Below are positions 1-9,719 of a DNA stretch of 64,000 nt, in pieces. The stretch lies in assembly GCA_963715085.1 (NCBI GenBank), contig CAVQQU010000005.1:290922-354921 (forward strand). The letters run 5' to 3'. Numbering within the stretch: position 1 is the stretch's first letter; the number at the start of each line of letters is the position of its first letter. Position numbers and translations under genes: made by a program. Under the pieces are notes generated by a model. The model worked only from the letters and a program-made list of their open reading frames with translations, was not told the origin of the DNA and did no database searches. This stretch comes from an uncultured Chloroflexia bacterium. Its GTDB lineage: Bacteria; Chloroflexota; Limnocylindria; Limnocylindrales; CSP1-4.

Positions 1-675
1 CTCTGGGCCGGCCGGCGCCGGCGCCGGCGCTACGATTTCCCGGTCCGCCCGATCTGGGCGGAGGTTCTCATCGGCGCCATCGGGATCTTCGTGGTCCTCG
101 GGGCGGTCTGGGTGGCCAACGCCTACGCGTGGCCGGAGGCGCTGGCCAGGGCCTTCGCGGAAGCGAACGGGATCCCGTGGCCGGAGGGTGGGCTGATCAT
201 CCAGACGGGCATCGCCTACCCGGTCCTCATCATGCTCGGGGTCGCCCTCGTGGTGACCTATCTCGCGACCCGTCGCCGCTTCGGCCGCTACGTCTACGCC
301 ATCGGCGGCAACCCGGAGGCAGCGGAGCTCGGCGGCATCAACGTGCGCCGGACGATCACCCTCACGTTCGTGCTGATGGGGGTCCTCTGTGCGATCAGCG
401 CGGCGGTCCAGACCGCCCGCCTCAACGCCGCGGTCACGAACCTGGGCGTGCAGAACGAGCTGGACGTCATCTCGGCAGCCGTGATCGGCGGCACGTCCTT
501 CGCCGGCGGCATCGGGACGATCCCGGGGGCGGTGCTGGGGGCCGTCGTCATGCAGTCGCTTCGGTCGGGCATGCTGCTGCTGAACGTCGACTCGCCGACC
601 CAGGACGTCGTCGTGGGCATCGTTCTCGTCGCGGCAGTCGGGTTCGATGCGTTCCTGCGGCGCAGGGCGGCTTGA
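1..675 (+). CDS. Sugar ABC transporter permease (ribose/xylose CUT2 type), 5' end outside window
   Basis: ORF 91..675 with frame open to nt 1. TM-rich sequence ends in [29 protein letters not shown], typical of RbsC/XylH-like permeases. Followed by an ABC ATPase and xylAB. Confidence 0.8.
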   Translation, partial: LWAGRRRRRRYDFPVRPIWAEVLIGAIGIFVVLGAVWVANAYAWPEALARAFAEANGIPWPEGGLIIQTGIAYPVLIMLGVALVVTYLATRRRFGRYVYAIGGNPEAAELGGINVRRTITLTFVLMGVLCAISAAVQTARLNAAVTNLGVQNELDVISAAVIGGTSFAGGIGTIPGAVLGAVVMQSLRSGMLLLNVDSPTQDVVVGIVLVAAVGFDAFLRRRAA

Positions 676-694
676 GGTCGAGGAGGTGGAGCAG

Positions 695-1570
695 ATGAAC
701 AACGGCACCATCTCCCCGGGCGCGGCTCCCTCGCCGGAGCCCGGCCCGGCCCCCGGCGCACCCGAGCCTGCTCCGGCAGCGGCCCCGACCGCGTCGGGCG
801 TGCCCCTCGTCGAGATGCGCGACATCCGCGTCGCGTTCGGCGGCGTCCACGCGGTCGACGGTGTCACGGTGGACCTCCACGCCGGCGAGGTCGTCGGCCT
901 GGTCGGTGGCAACGGAGCCGGCAAGTCCACCCTGATGAGGGTGCTGTCCGGCGCTCATCCGGCCGACTCCGGCGAGATCTTCATCGACGGCCAGCCGGTC
1001 TCGATCGGGAACCCGAGGGATGCCAAGAGCCTCGGCATCGAGACGATCTACCAGACGCTGGCCCTGGCCGACAACGTGGACGCCGCCGCCAACATCTTCC
1101 TCGGCCGGGAGCTTCGGACGCGGCTCGGATCGCTCAACGACGCGGCGATGGAGTCCGCGACGCGCAAAGTCATGGGGCGGCTCAACCCGCGCTTCAAGAA
1201 CTTCAAGACGAACGTGAAGTCGCTCTCCGGCGGGCAGCGCCAGTCGGTCGCCATCGCCCGCGCGATCCACTTCAACGCCCGCATCCTCATCATGGACGAG
1301 CCCACGGCCGCGCTCGGCCCGGCCGAGACGACGCAGGTCCGCGAGCTCGTGGGCCAGCTCCAGGCCGAGGGCATCGGCATCTTCCTGATCAGCCACGACA
1401 TCCACGACGTGTTCGACCTGGCCGACCGGATCAGCGTCATGCTCCAGGGCAAGCTCGTCGGCACGGTGCGCAAGGACGAGGTCACCAAGGACGAGGTCCT
1501 GGGCATGATCATCATGGGCAAGAAGCCGGACGAGGTGACCCAGAAGGAGCTCGCTCAGCTCCACAGCTGA
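695..1570 (+). CDS. Sugar ABC transporter ATP-binding protein, single-NBD (FrcA-like)
   Basis: Walker [10 protein letters not shown], signature [14 protein letters not shown], Walker [15 protein letters not shown] 695 (MNNGTISPG) is preferred to the track start 647, which overlaps the permease. Confidence 0.85.
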   Translation: MNNGTISPGAAPSPEPGPAPGAPEPAPAAAPTASGVPLVEMRDIRVAFGGVHAVDGVTVDLHAGEVVGLVGGNGAGKSTLMRVLSGAHPADSGEIFIDGQPVSIGNPRDAKSLGIETIYQTLALADNVDAAANIFLGRELRTRLGSLNDAAMESATRKVMGRLNPRFKNFKTNVKSLSGGQRQSVAIARAIHFNARILIMDEPTAALGPAETTQVRELVGQLQAEGIGIFLISHDIHDVFDLADRISVMLQGKLVGTVRKDEVTKDEVLGMIIMGKKPDEVTQKELAQLHS

Positions 1571-1670
1571 TTCCCGGCGGACCTCGGCGAGCGGGGCGCC
1601 ACGCCGGGCAGCCACGGGGAGCTCGGCGCAGCGGCCGCGACCAGCGCCCACGCGGACCGCGGCTCCCGGC

Positions 1671-3159
1671 TCACATCCTCCGGAACGATGGCGCGAGTGC
1701 CGGGTAGAGCTCGCGGTAGATCGCGTGCACGTCGGCGTAGCGGGGGGCGTCCGGCCCGGGAGCCGCGACCGGCGTCGCGTGCACGACGTCGGCGGCGGCG
1801 TCCTCGACGCTCCCGTACCAGCCGGCGCCCACCGCCGCCAGGAGACCGGCCCCGTAGGCCGCTCCCTCCGTCGTGTTCACGGTGGCGATCTCGGCGCCGA
1901 GGACATCCGCCAGGATCTGCCGCCAGACCGGGCTCGACGGTGCCGCCGCCCGAGGCCCGGATGGCGCTCGGCGCGGGCATGCCGGCCTCGACCATGAGAT
2001 CCAGGCCGTCGCGCAACCCGAAGGCCACGCCCTCGAGCACGGCGCGGGTGAGATGGCGCCGATCGTGGGTCAGGGTCAGCCCGACGAACGCCCCGCGGGC
2101 GAGCGGGTCGGGGTGAGGCGACCGCTCGCCGGTGAGGTAGGGGAGGAAGAGGAGCCCGTCGCTTCCGGCCGCAACCTCCCCGGCGCCGGCGACGAGCTCG
2201 TCGTAGGAGATCCCGGCGGCCACGGCGTCCCGGAACCAGCGCAGGCTGCCGGCCGCCGAGAGCATCACGGACATCATGTGCCAGCGGCCCGGGACTGCGT
2301 GGCAGAAGGCGTGGACCCGGCCGCGTGCCTCGAACAGCGGCCGCGCGGTCGTCGCGAAGATGACCCCGGACGTCCCCAGCGAGAGGGCGACCACGCCCGG
2401 CTCGACCGCCCCGACGCCCACGGCGTTGGCGGCCTGGTCGCCGCCTCCGGCGACGACGGGCGTGCCCGCCCGGAGGCCCGTGGCCGCGGCTGCGGCGGCT
2501 GTGACGGCGCCGGTGACCCCCGGCCCCTCAGAGGTCGGCGGCATCCAGGTGCGGTCGATCCCGAGCACCGCGAGCACCTCGGCGGACCAGTCGCGGGCGG
2601 CGAGGTCGAACAGCATCGTCCCGGAGCCGTCGGCCTTGTCCATGGCGTGCTCACCGGTCAGCCGAAGTCGGACGTAGTCCTTGGGCAGGAGGACGTGGGC
2701 GACGCGGGCCCAGGCCTCGGGCTCGTGATCGCGGACCCAGACGAGCTTGGGAGCAGTGAATCCCGTCAGCGCGTCGTTGCCCGTGATCGCGACGAGCCGC
2801 TCCGAGCCGACCAGCTCCCGGATGAGATCGCACTCGGCGCCAGTCCGCTGATCGTTCCAGAGGATCGCGGGACGGATGACCTCGTCCGCCCGATCCAGGA
2901 GGACGGCTCCGTGCATCTGACCCGTGAGGCCCACGGCGCTGACCTCGTCGCCGGCGATCCCGGTCTCCGCGAGGACGGCGCGGATGGCTGCCACCGAGCC
3001 GTCCCACCAGAGGTGCGGGTCCTGCTCGCTCCAGAGCGGCTGGGGGACGCTCAGGTCGTAGCCCGCCGAGCCGATGCCCAGCACGGCACCCGATTCATCG
3101 AGCAGGATCGCCTTGACCGACGTGGTCGAGACGTCGATGCCCAGGACGTGGCCCATCAT
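1671..3159 (-). CDS. xylB: Xylulokinase, one apparent frame change near 1945
   Basis: FGGY-kinase N-terminus [24 protein letters not shown] with GGGGAGG upstream of ATG 3159. The C-terminal [21 protein letters not shown] lies in ORF 1671..1880. Junction is inside IRASGGG / [16 protein letters not shown]. Confidence 0.85.
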
Positions 3160-3214
3160 GACCTCCCCGCGTCCGTGCCGTCCGCAGGCGGCAGACGGCC
3201 TCGTCCGGCGTCGG

Positions 3215-4567
3215 TCAGCGGCCAGCGCCGCGGTCGACCGCCCAGATGTGCTGGTTGACGATGCTCTCCAGGAGCTCCTGCCGCCCGGAGACAGGGCTGC
3301 GGGTCGATCTCGCCCGCCTCGACCTTCGCCGCAAGGTCGGCGAGCGTGAGGGAGCCGTCGAGGATGGCCGTCCCGAGCGGGCCGGCCCACCCGGCGTAGC
3401 GGGCCTCGACCATGCCCGCGAGCGTCCCCGCCTCGATCATGTCGGCCGCGACCAGGAGCGCCCGGGCGAGGGTGTCGAGCCCGCCGATGTGGGCATGGAA
3501 GAGGTCCGTCCGGTCAGAGCTCTGGCGGCGCAGCTTCGCGTCGAAGTTGAAGCCGCCGGTCGTGAAGCCCCCGCCGCGCAGGATCTCGTAGAGGGCCAGC
3601 GAGAGCTCGTCGACCGAGTTCGGGAACTGGTCGGTGTCCCAGCCGTTCTGGTAGTCGCCGCGGTTCGCGTCGATGCTCCCGAACATGCCGTTCGCCACGG
3701 CGTAGGCGACCTCGTGCTGGAAGGAGTGGCCGGCAAGCGTCGCGTGGTTCGCCTCGATGTTGAGGCGGAACTCGCCGTCGAGGCCGTGACGGGCGAGGAA
3801 GCCGTGGACGGTGGCGGAGTCGAAGTCGTACTGGTGCTTGGTCGGCTCCATCGGCTTGGGCTCGATGAGGAGCGTGCCGGTGAAGCCGATCTTCGCCTTG
3901 TGCTCGGCGACGAGGGCAAGGAAGCGGGCCAGCTGCTGGCCCTCGCGGCGCAGGTCTGTGTTGAGGAGCGTGTCGTAGCCCTCGCGGCCGCCCCACAGGA
4001 CGTAGTTGGCGCCGCCGAGGCGATGGGTAACCTCGAGCATGTGCTTGACCTGCGCCGCGGCGTAGGCGAAGACATCGGGGTCGGGGTTGGTCGAGGCGCC
4101 GGCCTGGTAGCGCGGGTGCGAGAAGAGGTTCGCGGTCCCCCACAGGAGGCCGACGCCGGTCTGCTCCTGGTAGCCGGCGGCCTCGTCGGCCAGGGCGTCG
4201 AGGTTGTCCCGGAACTCGGCGAACGACGCCCCCTCGGGCGCCACGTCGCGGTCGTGGAAGCAGTACCACGGGGTGCCGAGCTTGGTGAAGAACTCGAAGG
4301 CGGCCGCCAGCTTCATGCGGGCCGCGGCCATCGAATCCATCGAGCTCGCGTGATCCAGGGACGGTCGAACGTGCCGAGCCCGAACATGTCGGTGCCCGCC
4401 CAGGCGAAGGAGTGCCAGAAGCAGACACCGGGCCGGAGGTGGTCCTCCATCCTCTTGCCCAGCACGACGCGGTCCGGTTCGTAGACCTTGAACGCGAGGC
4501 TCTCCGACGATCCGAGCCCGCCGAAACGGATCGGCTCCTTGACGTCCATGAAGAACTGCTCGCCCAC
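3215..4567 (-). CDS. xylA: Xylose isomerase (class II), two apparent frame changes (~4355 and ~3292)
   Basis: Core WGGREGY, LIEPKP and [14 protein letters not shown] lie in ORF 3156..4670. The N-terminus [17 protein letters not shown]...FDRPW is in the frame of ORF 4313..5128, with GTG 4567 preceded by GGGAGG. The tail [25 protein letters not shown]-stop (TGA 3215-3217) is in a third frame. Confidence 0.9.
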
Positions 4568-4760
4568 GATCAGGCCTCCCGCGTGCAACCCGAACCCGTC
4601 GCGGCCCGGCACCGAGCCGCTCACCTTGCCGCTGCGAGCGTACCACGTTGCATTTGTGCGAGAGAAGCACAAATCAGCCGGGACGGGTGTCAGCTGGCGG
4701 GGCCGGCGCTGTGCCGCCGCCTCGCGGGCGCTTCGGTCCGGACGTCTCCGTTCGGTTCCG

Positions 4761-5661
4761 CTACCAGCGCTCCGCTGCTCGCACCAGGGCGTCAACGTCG
4801 GCCGGCGTCCGAGCCTGCACGACGACCCCGTCGGCACCCAGCGCCCGCCACCGGGCGAGCTCCTCGAGCGGCTGCCCGACCCACGGCGAGGCACGCAGCG
4901 AGTCGCCGGGACGCCAGCCACCCTCGCCCTGGACGCCGAGCACCACGACGGAGTCCTCCCGGCGACGCCCGGCGGCCTCGAGCTCCTGGCGGTAGATGGG
5001 CTCGAGGGCGGTGAAGTTGTCGCTGAAGCCCGACCAGCCGTCGCCGACCCGGGCCGCCAGCCGGGCGCCGGCCGGGGTTTCGCCACCGACGATGATCGGC
5101 GGGGGCGGCTCGGGAACTGGACGCGCAACGGCGCCCACGAGCGGGTAGAACGGGCTCGGCCTCGAGACAGGCCCGCCGCCCCACAGGGCGCGGACCACCG
5201 CCACGGCCTCGGTGAGCCGAGCGACTCGCTCGGGTACCGATGGGAAGTCGATCCCGTAGGCCTCGTGCTCGGCCGGATGGCCGCCGATGCCGATGCCGAG
5301 CACGGCCCGGCCCCCGGTCGCGACCTGCAGCGTTCCGACCATCCGGGCGAGCAGGGCCGGGTGGCGGTTCATGACGTTGGTCACGAAGCTGCCGACCGTC
5401 ATCCGTTCCGTTCGTCCCGCCGCGAGGGCCAGCATGGTCCAGCATTCGAGGACGGTCGTCGGCGACTGTTCCCCGGCCCATGAAGTGGTCCCACGCCCAG
5501 ATCCCGGCATACCCGGACTTCTCGAGGCGCCCGGCGCTCTCCAGCCACCAGTCGGCCGCGACGCCGATCACGCCGAGACTGACGCCGATCGGCTGGCGTC
5601 CGCGGCCGAGGAAGGCCCTCGGGTCCCGTCGGGCGGATGGCGCAGGCGACGGATCGGCCAC
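4761..5661 (-). CDS. Luciferase-like (LLM class, probably F420-dependent) oxidoreductase, frame change ~5470
   Basis: N-terminal part IGVSLGV...YAGIWAWDHFMG is in ORF 4792..5661. The remainder (TTVLECWTMLALAAGRTERMTVGSFVTNV...) is in ORF 4761..5510. GTG 5661 lies 5 nt after the mtnP stop. Confidence 0.7.
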
Positions 5662-5666
5662 GGCGC

Positions 5667-6515
5667 CTAGAGCCCGGTCTCGAACAGGCGGACATCCTCG
5701 GGCGACACGACGTGACCATCACCCCGGGCGAAACGCAACGCCTCGCCGGCCGCCAGCGCGTCGAGGTCGGCGGGGAAGCGACGGATCATCTCGAGCACGA
5801 CCTTCTGGATCCGCTCGGCGTTCTGGTGGAACACCTCGAGGACGCTCTGGGCGTTGACCGATTCGGTGCCCTCGAGGACCCCCGCGTCGTAGTCGGTGAT
5901 GAGGCTGATGTTGACCACCGCCATCCCCAGCTCCCGGCAGAGGTAGGCCTCCGGGTACTGGGTCATGTTGATGACCTCCCAGCCGGCTTCCATGAACCAG
6001 CGCGACTCGGCCTTGCTCGAGAACCGCGGTCCCTGGATGACCACGACCGTGCCTCGCTCGTGGAGCGTGATCCCGTGCTCGCGGATGACGTCGGCGGCGA
6101 TCGCCCGGAGGGCAGGGTCGTAGAGGTCCGCGGACGAGACGTGGTTGGGGATCGGGCCGTCGTAGAAGGTGTCCTTGCGGCCGTTGGTCCGGTCGACGAA
6201 CTGGTCGCAGGTGACGAAGTCGCCCGGAGCCACGTGCTTCTGGAGCGAGCCTGCCGCGCAGGGACTGATGACGGCCTTGACCCCGAGCGCGTGCAGGGCC
6301 CAGACGTTCGCCCGGTAGTTGATGGCATGAGGCGGGATCGAGTGACGGCGGCCGTGGCGAGGCAGGAAGGCGATCGACCGGCCGTGGACGTCCGCCAGGA
6401 AGACGCTGTCGGACGGGGGCCCGTACGGCGTGTCGACCTTGATCTCGCGCACGTCGTCGAGCAGCGAGTAGAAGCCCGAGCCGCCGAAGACGCCGATCTC
6501 CGCCCTGTCCGCCAT
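5667..6515 (-). CDS. mtnP: S-methyl-5'-thioadenosine phosphorylase
   Basis: MADRAEIGVFGGSGFY...LPRHGRRHSIPPHAINYRANVWAL...ISPCAAGSL, about 283 aa, intact. ATG 6515 chosen inside ORF 5667..6605. Confidence 0.9.
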   Translation of the reverse strand: MADRAEIGVFGGSGFYSLLDDVREIKVDTPYGPPSDSVFLADVHGRSIAFLPRHGRRHSIPPHAINYRANVWALHALGVKAVISPCAAGSLQKHVAPGDFVTCDQFVDRTNGRKDTFYDGPIPNHVSSADLYDPALRAIAADVIREHGITLHERGTVVVIQGPRFSSKAESRWFMEAGWEVINMTQYPEAYLCRELGMAVVNISLITDYDAGVLEGTESVNAQSVLEVFHQNAERIQKVVLEMIRRFPADLDALAAGEALRFARGDGHVVSPEDVRLFETGL

Positions 6516-6632
6516 CGCCGTGCCCTCTCGTTCATCGTGGGCCGCCCGGCGCGACGTCCCTCGCGCGCCCGGGGCACGGTGGATGCTACCGCGCCGGAGT
6601 GCCACTCCGCGCCGACGCCACTCGACGCCGCC

Positions 6633-6690
6633 CGACGTGCCGACGCCGACGTGCCGACGCCGACGCCGACGTGCCGACGCCGACGTGCTG
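6633..6690. repeat. Tandem 14-bp repeat CGACGTGCCGACGC, about 4 copies with a 6-bp CGACGC insert
   Basis: Copies at 6633-6646, 6647-6660 and 6667-6680, plus a partial copy at 6681-6690. Lies in the divergent gap between mtnP and the next plus-strand ORF. Confidence 0.85.
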
Positions 6691-6727
6691 CCCAGCGTCC
6701 AGGGGCTGCCCGTGGGAAGATCGGGAG

Positions 6728-7222
6728 GTGAGCGAGGCCCCCGGCACCGACTCCGGTGCCCCCAACGCGGCTGCCCCCGCGCCCACGCACGCCTGCGTGC
6801 GTTGTGGCGCGCCGGTTCCGCTCACCGACGCGCTCTGTGCCGCCTGCAATCCGGCCGGCCTCGAGCAGCCGGCCGCGTCCCAGGCCCACGGGACCGTCTT
6901 CCTGGGCATCGGCCTCGCTGTCGTGGGGCTGGCCGTTGCCCTGACGTTCTTCGTGGGCGGCGTGGGCCCCTTCCAGTCGGCCTTGCGAAGCGCCACCCCG
7001 GATGGCAGCGGGCTTGTGCTCACGATCGCGGTCGAGAACCTGGGCTCACGCGACGGCCAGGCCAGCTGCCGAATCTGGGACCCGACCTACCCCGGCAACC
7101 CCCCGGTGGAGACCTACATCCGGACGCCCGAGGTTCCGGCTGGCTATGGGCTCGTCTTCGAGCAGCGCGTGAACGGGCTGGGCGCCACGGAGCGCACGCT
7201 CGCCGTGGACTGCTCGCGATGA
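6728..7222 (+). CDS. Hypothetical membrane protein with N-terminal CxxC...CxxC zinc-ribbon
   Basis: ORF 6599..7222. Contains CVRCGAPVPLTDALCAAC followed by a TM segment FLGIGLAVVGLAVALTFFV. Start is uncertain (GTG 6728 assumed). The stop overlaps the next start (ATGA at 7219-7222). Confidence 0.45.
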   Translation: MSEAPGTDSGAPNAAAPAPTHACVRCGAPVPLTDALCAACNPAGLEQPAASQAHGTVFLGIGLAVVGLAVALTFFVGGVGPFQSALRSATPDGSGLVLTIAVENLGSRDGQASCRIWDPTYPGNPPVETYIRTPEVPAGYGLVFEQRVNGLGATERTLAVDCSR

Positions 7223-8026
7223 CCGGCCCGGGCCCGACCGAGAGCGCGTGGGCCGCGGAGCTCGCCGCCGCGGTGGAGATCGCCACCCGCGCGGGCATCC
7301 TCCTCGCTGGAGCGCCTCGACGACGCCGGCGCGATCGCCTTCAAGGGCGTCCGGGACATCGTGACCGAGGTGGACCACGAATCGGAAGCCCTGATCCGGT
7401 CTGCCCTGGCCAAGCGCTTCCCCAACGACGCCTTCTACGGCGAGGAGTCCGGCCGCGACGCCGCCGCCGCTCATCGGACGTGGGTCTGCGACCCGATCGA
7501 CGGGACCATCAACTACGCCAACGCGATCCCGTTCTTCTGCGTCTCGCTCGCCCTCGTCGTCGACGGTCAGCCCGTCGTGGGCGTCATCCACGACCCGGTC
7601 CGCGCGGAGACGTACGCCGCCACGGCCGATGGGCCGGCCACGCTCGACGGACGCCCGGTTGTCGTCTCGGGCAAGGAGCGCCTCGTGGACTTCGTCATGG
7701 GCCTCGCGGTGGGCGGACGTGCGCCTGCTCTGCGCACGCGGCGCGTCCGAAGAGCCATCCGGATCTCGCGGCAGATGGGCTCCGCCGCGCTGGCCCTCGC
7801 CTACGTTGCCAACGGCCGCTTCGATGCCTTCAGCCAGACCAACGGACTGTCGGCCTGGGACGTGGCCGCCGCCGGTCTCATCGCCGCGCGCGCCGGCGCC
7901 ACCGTCACGGACATGGCCGGCGGTCCCTGGTTCGACCTGGCGGCGTCCACCAGGGGCATGGGCCTCCTCGCGGCCCCGCCCGCCCACCACGCGGTCCTGC
8001 TCGAGCTCCTGCGCGAGCCGGCGTAG
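7219..8026 (+). CDS. Inositol monophosphatase family protein, frame change ~7305
   Basis: Motifs EVDHESEALI, FYGEES and WVCDPIDGTINY lie in ORF 7361..8026. The N-terminus MTGPGPTESAWAAELAAAVEIATRAGILL is in another frame, and the expected ERLDDAGAIAFKGVRDIVTEVD follows after a 1-nt shift. Confidence 0.85.
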
Positions 8027-8090
8027 GCGCCCCCGCCGGCGCGATGCCGGGCGGCGCGCCGCAACGCCTGGCGATCGCCTTCCGCGTGCG

Positions 8091-8978
8091 CTACCCGGCG
8101 CGCCAGTGGTGCGGCCGCCGGAGCAGACCCGGAAGCTCCCAGCGGGCACAGAAGGCCTCCCAGGCGTCCCGATCCACCCCGTCCCAGCGGAGCTCGTCGG
8201 CCGCTCGCTCGGGGAGGGGAGCGTCGAGACGGAGCGTCGCCAGGTCGCGGAAGAGGACGGCGTCGGCCCAGCGCTCGTCGAGCGTCGCCGCCAGTCTCGC
8301 GGCGCCCCGGATCCGGGGCGGCCAGCTGTCGGCAGGCGCGGCCCGGACGCCCTCGAGCGAGCCGAACGCGCCGAGAAGCGTCGACGCCGCGACGGCCCCG
8401 AAGCCCGGGAGACCCGGAAACCCATCGGCGGCGTCGCCCACGAGGGCGAGCCAGTCGGGGATCGCCGCGGGCGCGACGCCCCACTTCGCCCGGACGCCGC
8501 CGTCGTCGAAGGCGAGGTCGCGCCGCCGGTCGCGCAGGACGATGTGGTCGCCGCGCACGACCTGGGCGAGGTCCTTGTCGGGCGTGCAGACGAGGACCTG
8601 CTCGACGCCCGGGTCGGCCGCGAAGCGGAGCGCTCCCGTCGCCAGCGCGTCGTCCGCCTCGAGCTCGACCATCGCCCAGAGCGGGATCCCGAGCGCGACG
8701 ATCGCCTCCTCCGCCACGGGGAACTGGGCCAGGAGGTCGGCGGGGACGCCCGCCTCGGTCTTGTACCCAGGCCACAGGTCGTTCCGGAACGAGCGGATCA
8801 CCCGGTCGTGCGCACAGGCGACGTGCGTGGCCCCCTCGTCCCGGAGCAGCGCGAGGAGCGTCCCCACGAGCCCGGCAACCGCGCTGAGGGGCATCCCGCC
8901 GCGGCCGCGGACCGCGGGGCGCGGCGCGTGGTACGCCCGGAAGAGCTCGTAGGTCGCGTCGACCAGGTGGACGCGCAC
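8091..8978 (-). CDS. 5'-3' exonuclease (Pol I N-terminal / FEN-like)
   Basis: VRVHLVDATYELFRAYHA..., ELEADDALAT and IPDWLALVGDAADGFPGLPGFG (H3TH). GTG 8978 chosen inside ORF 8091..9161. Confidence 0.8.
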   Translation of the reverse strand: MRVHLVDATYELFRAYHAPRPAVRGRGGMPLSAVAGLVGTLLALLRDEGATHVACAHDRVIRSFRNDLWPGYKTEAGVPADLLAQFPVAEEAIVALGIPLWAMVELEADDALATGALRFAADPGVEQVLVCTPDKDLAQVVRGDHIVLRDRRRDLAFDDGGVRAKWGVAPAAIPDWLALVGDAADGFPGLPGFGAVAASTLLGAFGSLEGVRAAPADSWPPRIRGAARLAATLDERWADAVLFRDLATLRLDAPLPERAADELRWDGVDRDAWEAFCARWELPGLLRRPHHWRAG

Positions 8979-8999
8979 GAGCTGGCCGGTGATGGGGTC

Positions 9000-9574
9000 A
9001 GCCGCCGCGGGAGCCGGAGGTTCGCCGTGGCCTCGGCGTGCTCTGACTCGACGATCTCGCGGAGGCGCTCCAGGTCGGCCTGGAAGATGGCGCCCATGAT
9101 GGGCTTCTGGAGGAGCTGGCCGAGGTGCGGGAAGACGGGCGGCACGAGCCGCTCGTCCCACCGGACCAGCGTCCGTCGCGCGTCGATCGCCTCGAGCGTG
9201 ATGCGCCCTGCGCCGGTGAACGTCCCGACATGGCGGATGCCGAAGCGGGTCGGGGGGTCGTAGATGTCGACCTCGACCGGGTCCACGATCCCCACCAGGA
9301 AGATGCGGACGTCTGCCTCGCCTCGGGTCCCGACCCCGACCGGGCCGGGCGAGAGGAGGCGGACCGACTTCATCTCCTCCATCCAGAGCGGCTGGCGCTC
9401 GATGTCGGCGACGATCTCCCAGACGGCGTCGATCGGGGCATCGATGGTGATTGCCATCTTCATGACCGGGTCGATCGCTTCGCCGTTGGCGATGAGATCG
9501 CCGATCCAGCGGTCGACGAGGAAGGTCCCGGCCACACCGGAGATGGCCAGGGCGGCAAGGGATCGAAGGCGCAT
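9000..9574 (-). CDS. SRPBCC/START-fold protein with N-terminal TM segment; 3' end uncertain
   Basis: ORF 8798..9757 taken from ATG 9574 (MRLRSLAALAISGVAG...ITIDAPIDAVWEIVADIERQPLWMEEM). The track ORF runs 180 nt into the exonuclease gene out of frame. The real stop is therefore probably near 9000 and masked by an indel. Confidence 0.5.
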
Positions 9575-9719
9575 CAGGCCGTCCCCGCGGCTCCCGGCTC
9601 GTAGACCTCGTGCATGACGCGACTCTACCGCAGCGGCCCCCCGAGCGTTCGGAGGACGCCGATGGGCCGACGAGGGGCGTAACCGCGCCCGTCGGGCGGA
9701 TCGGCTACGCTCCGGCTCG

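Noticed and set aside
8798-9161. A genuine 180-nt overlap between the SRPBCC gene and the 5'-3' exonuclease gene, plus the long N-terminal extension of ORF 8091..9161
   Set aside because: The overlapping parts translate to low-complexity Arg/Ser/Pro sequence. The exonuclease has its canonical N-terminus at VRVHLVDATYELFRAY (GTG 8978). A masked stop near 9000 is the simpler explanation.
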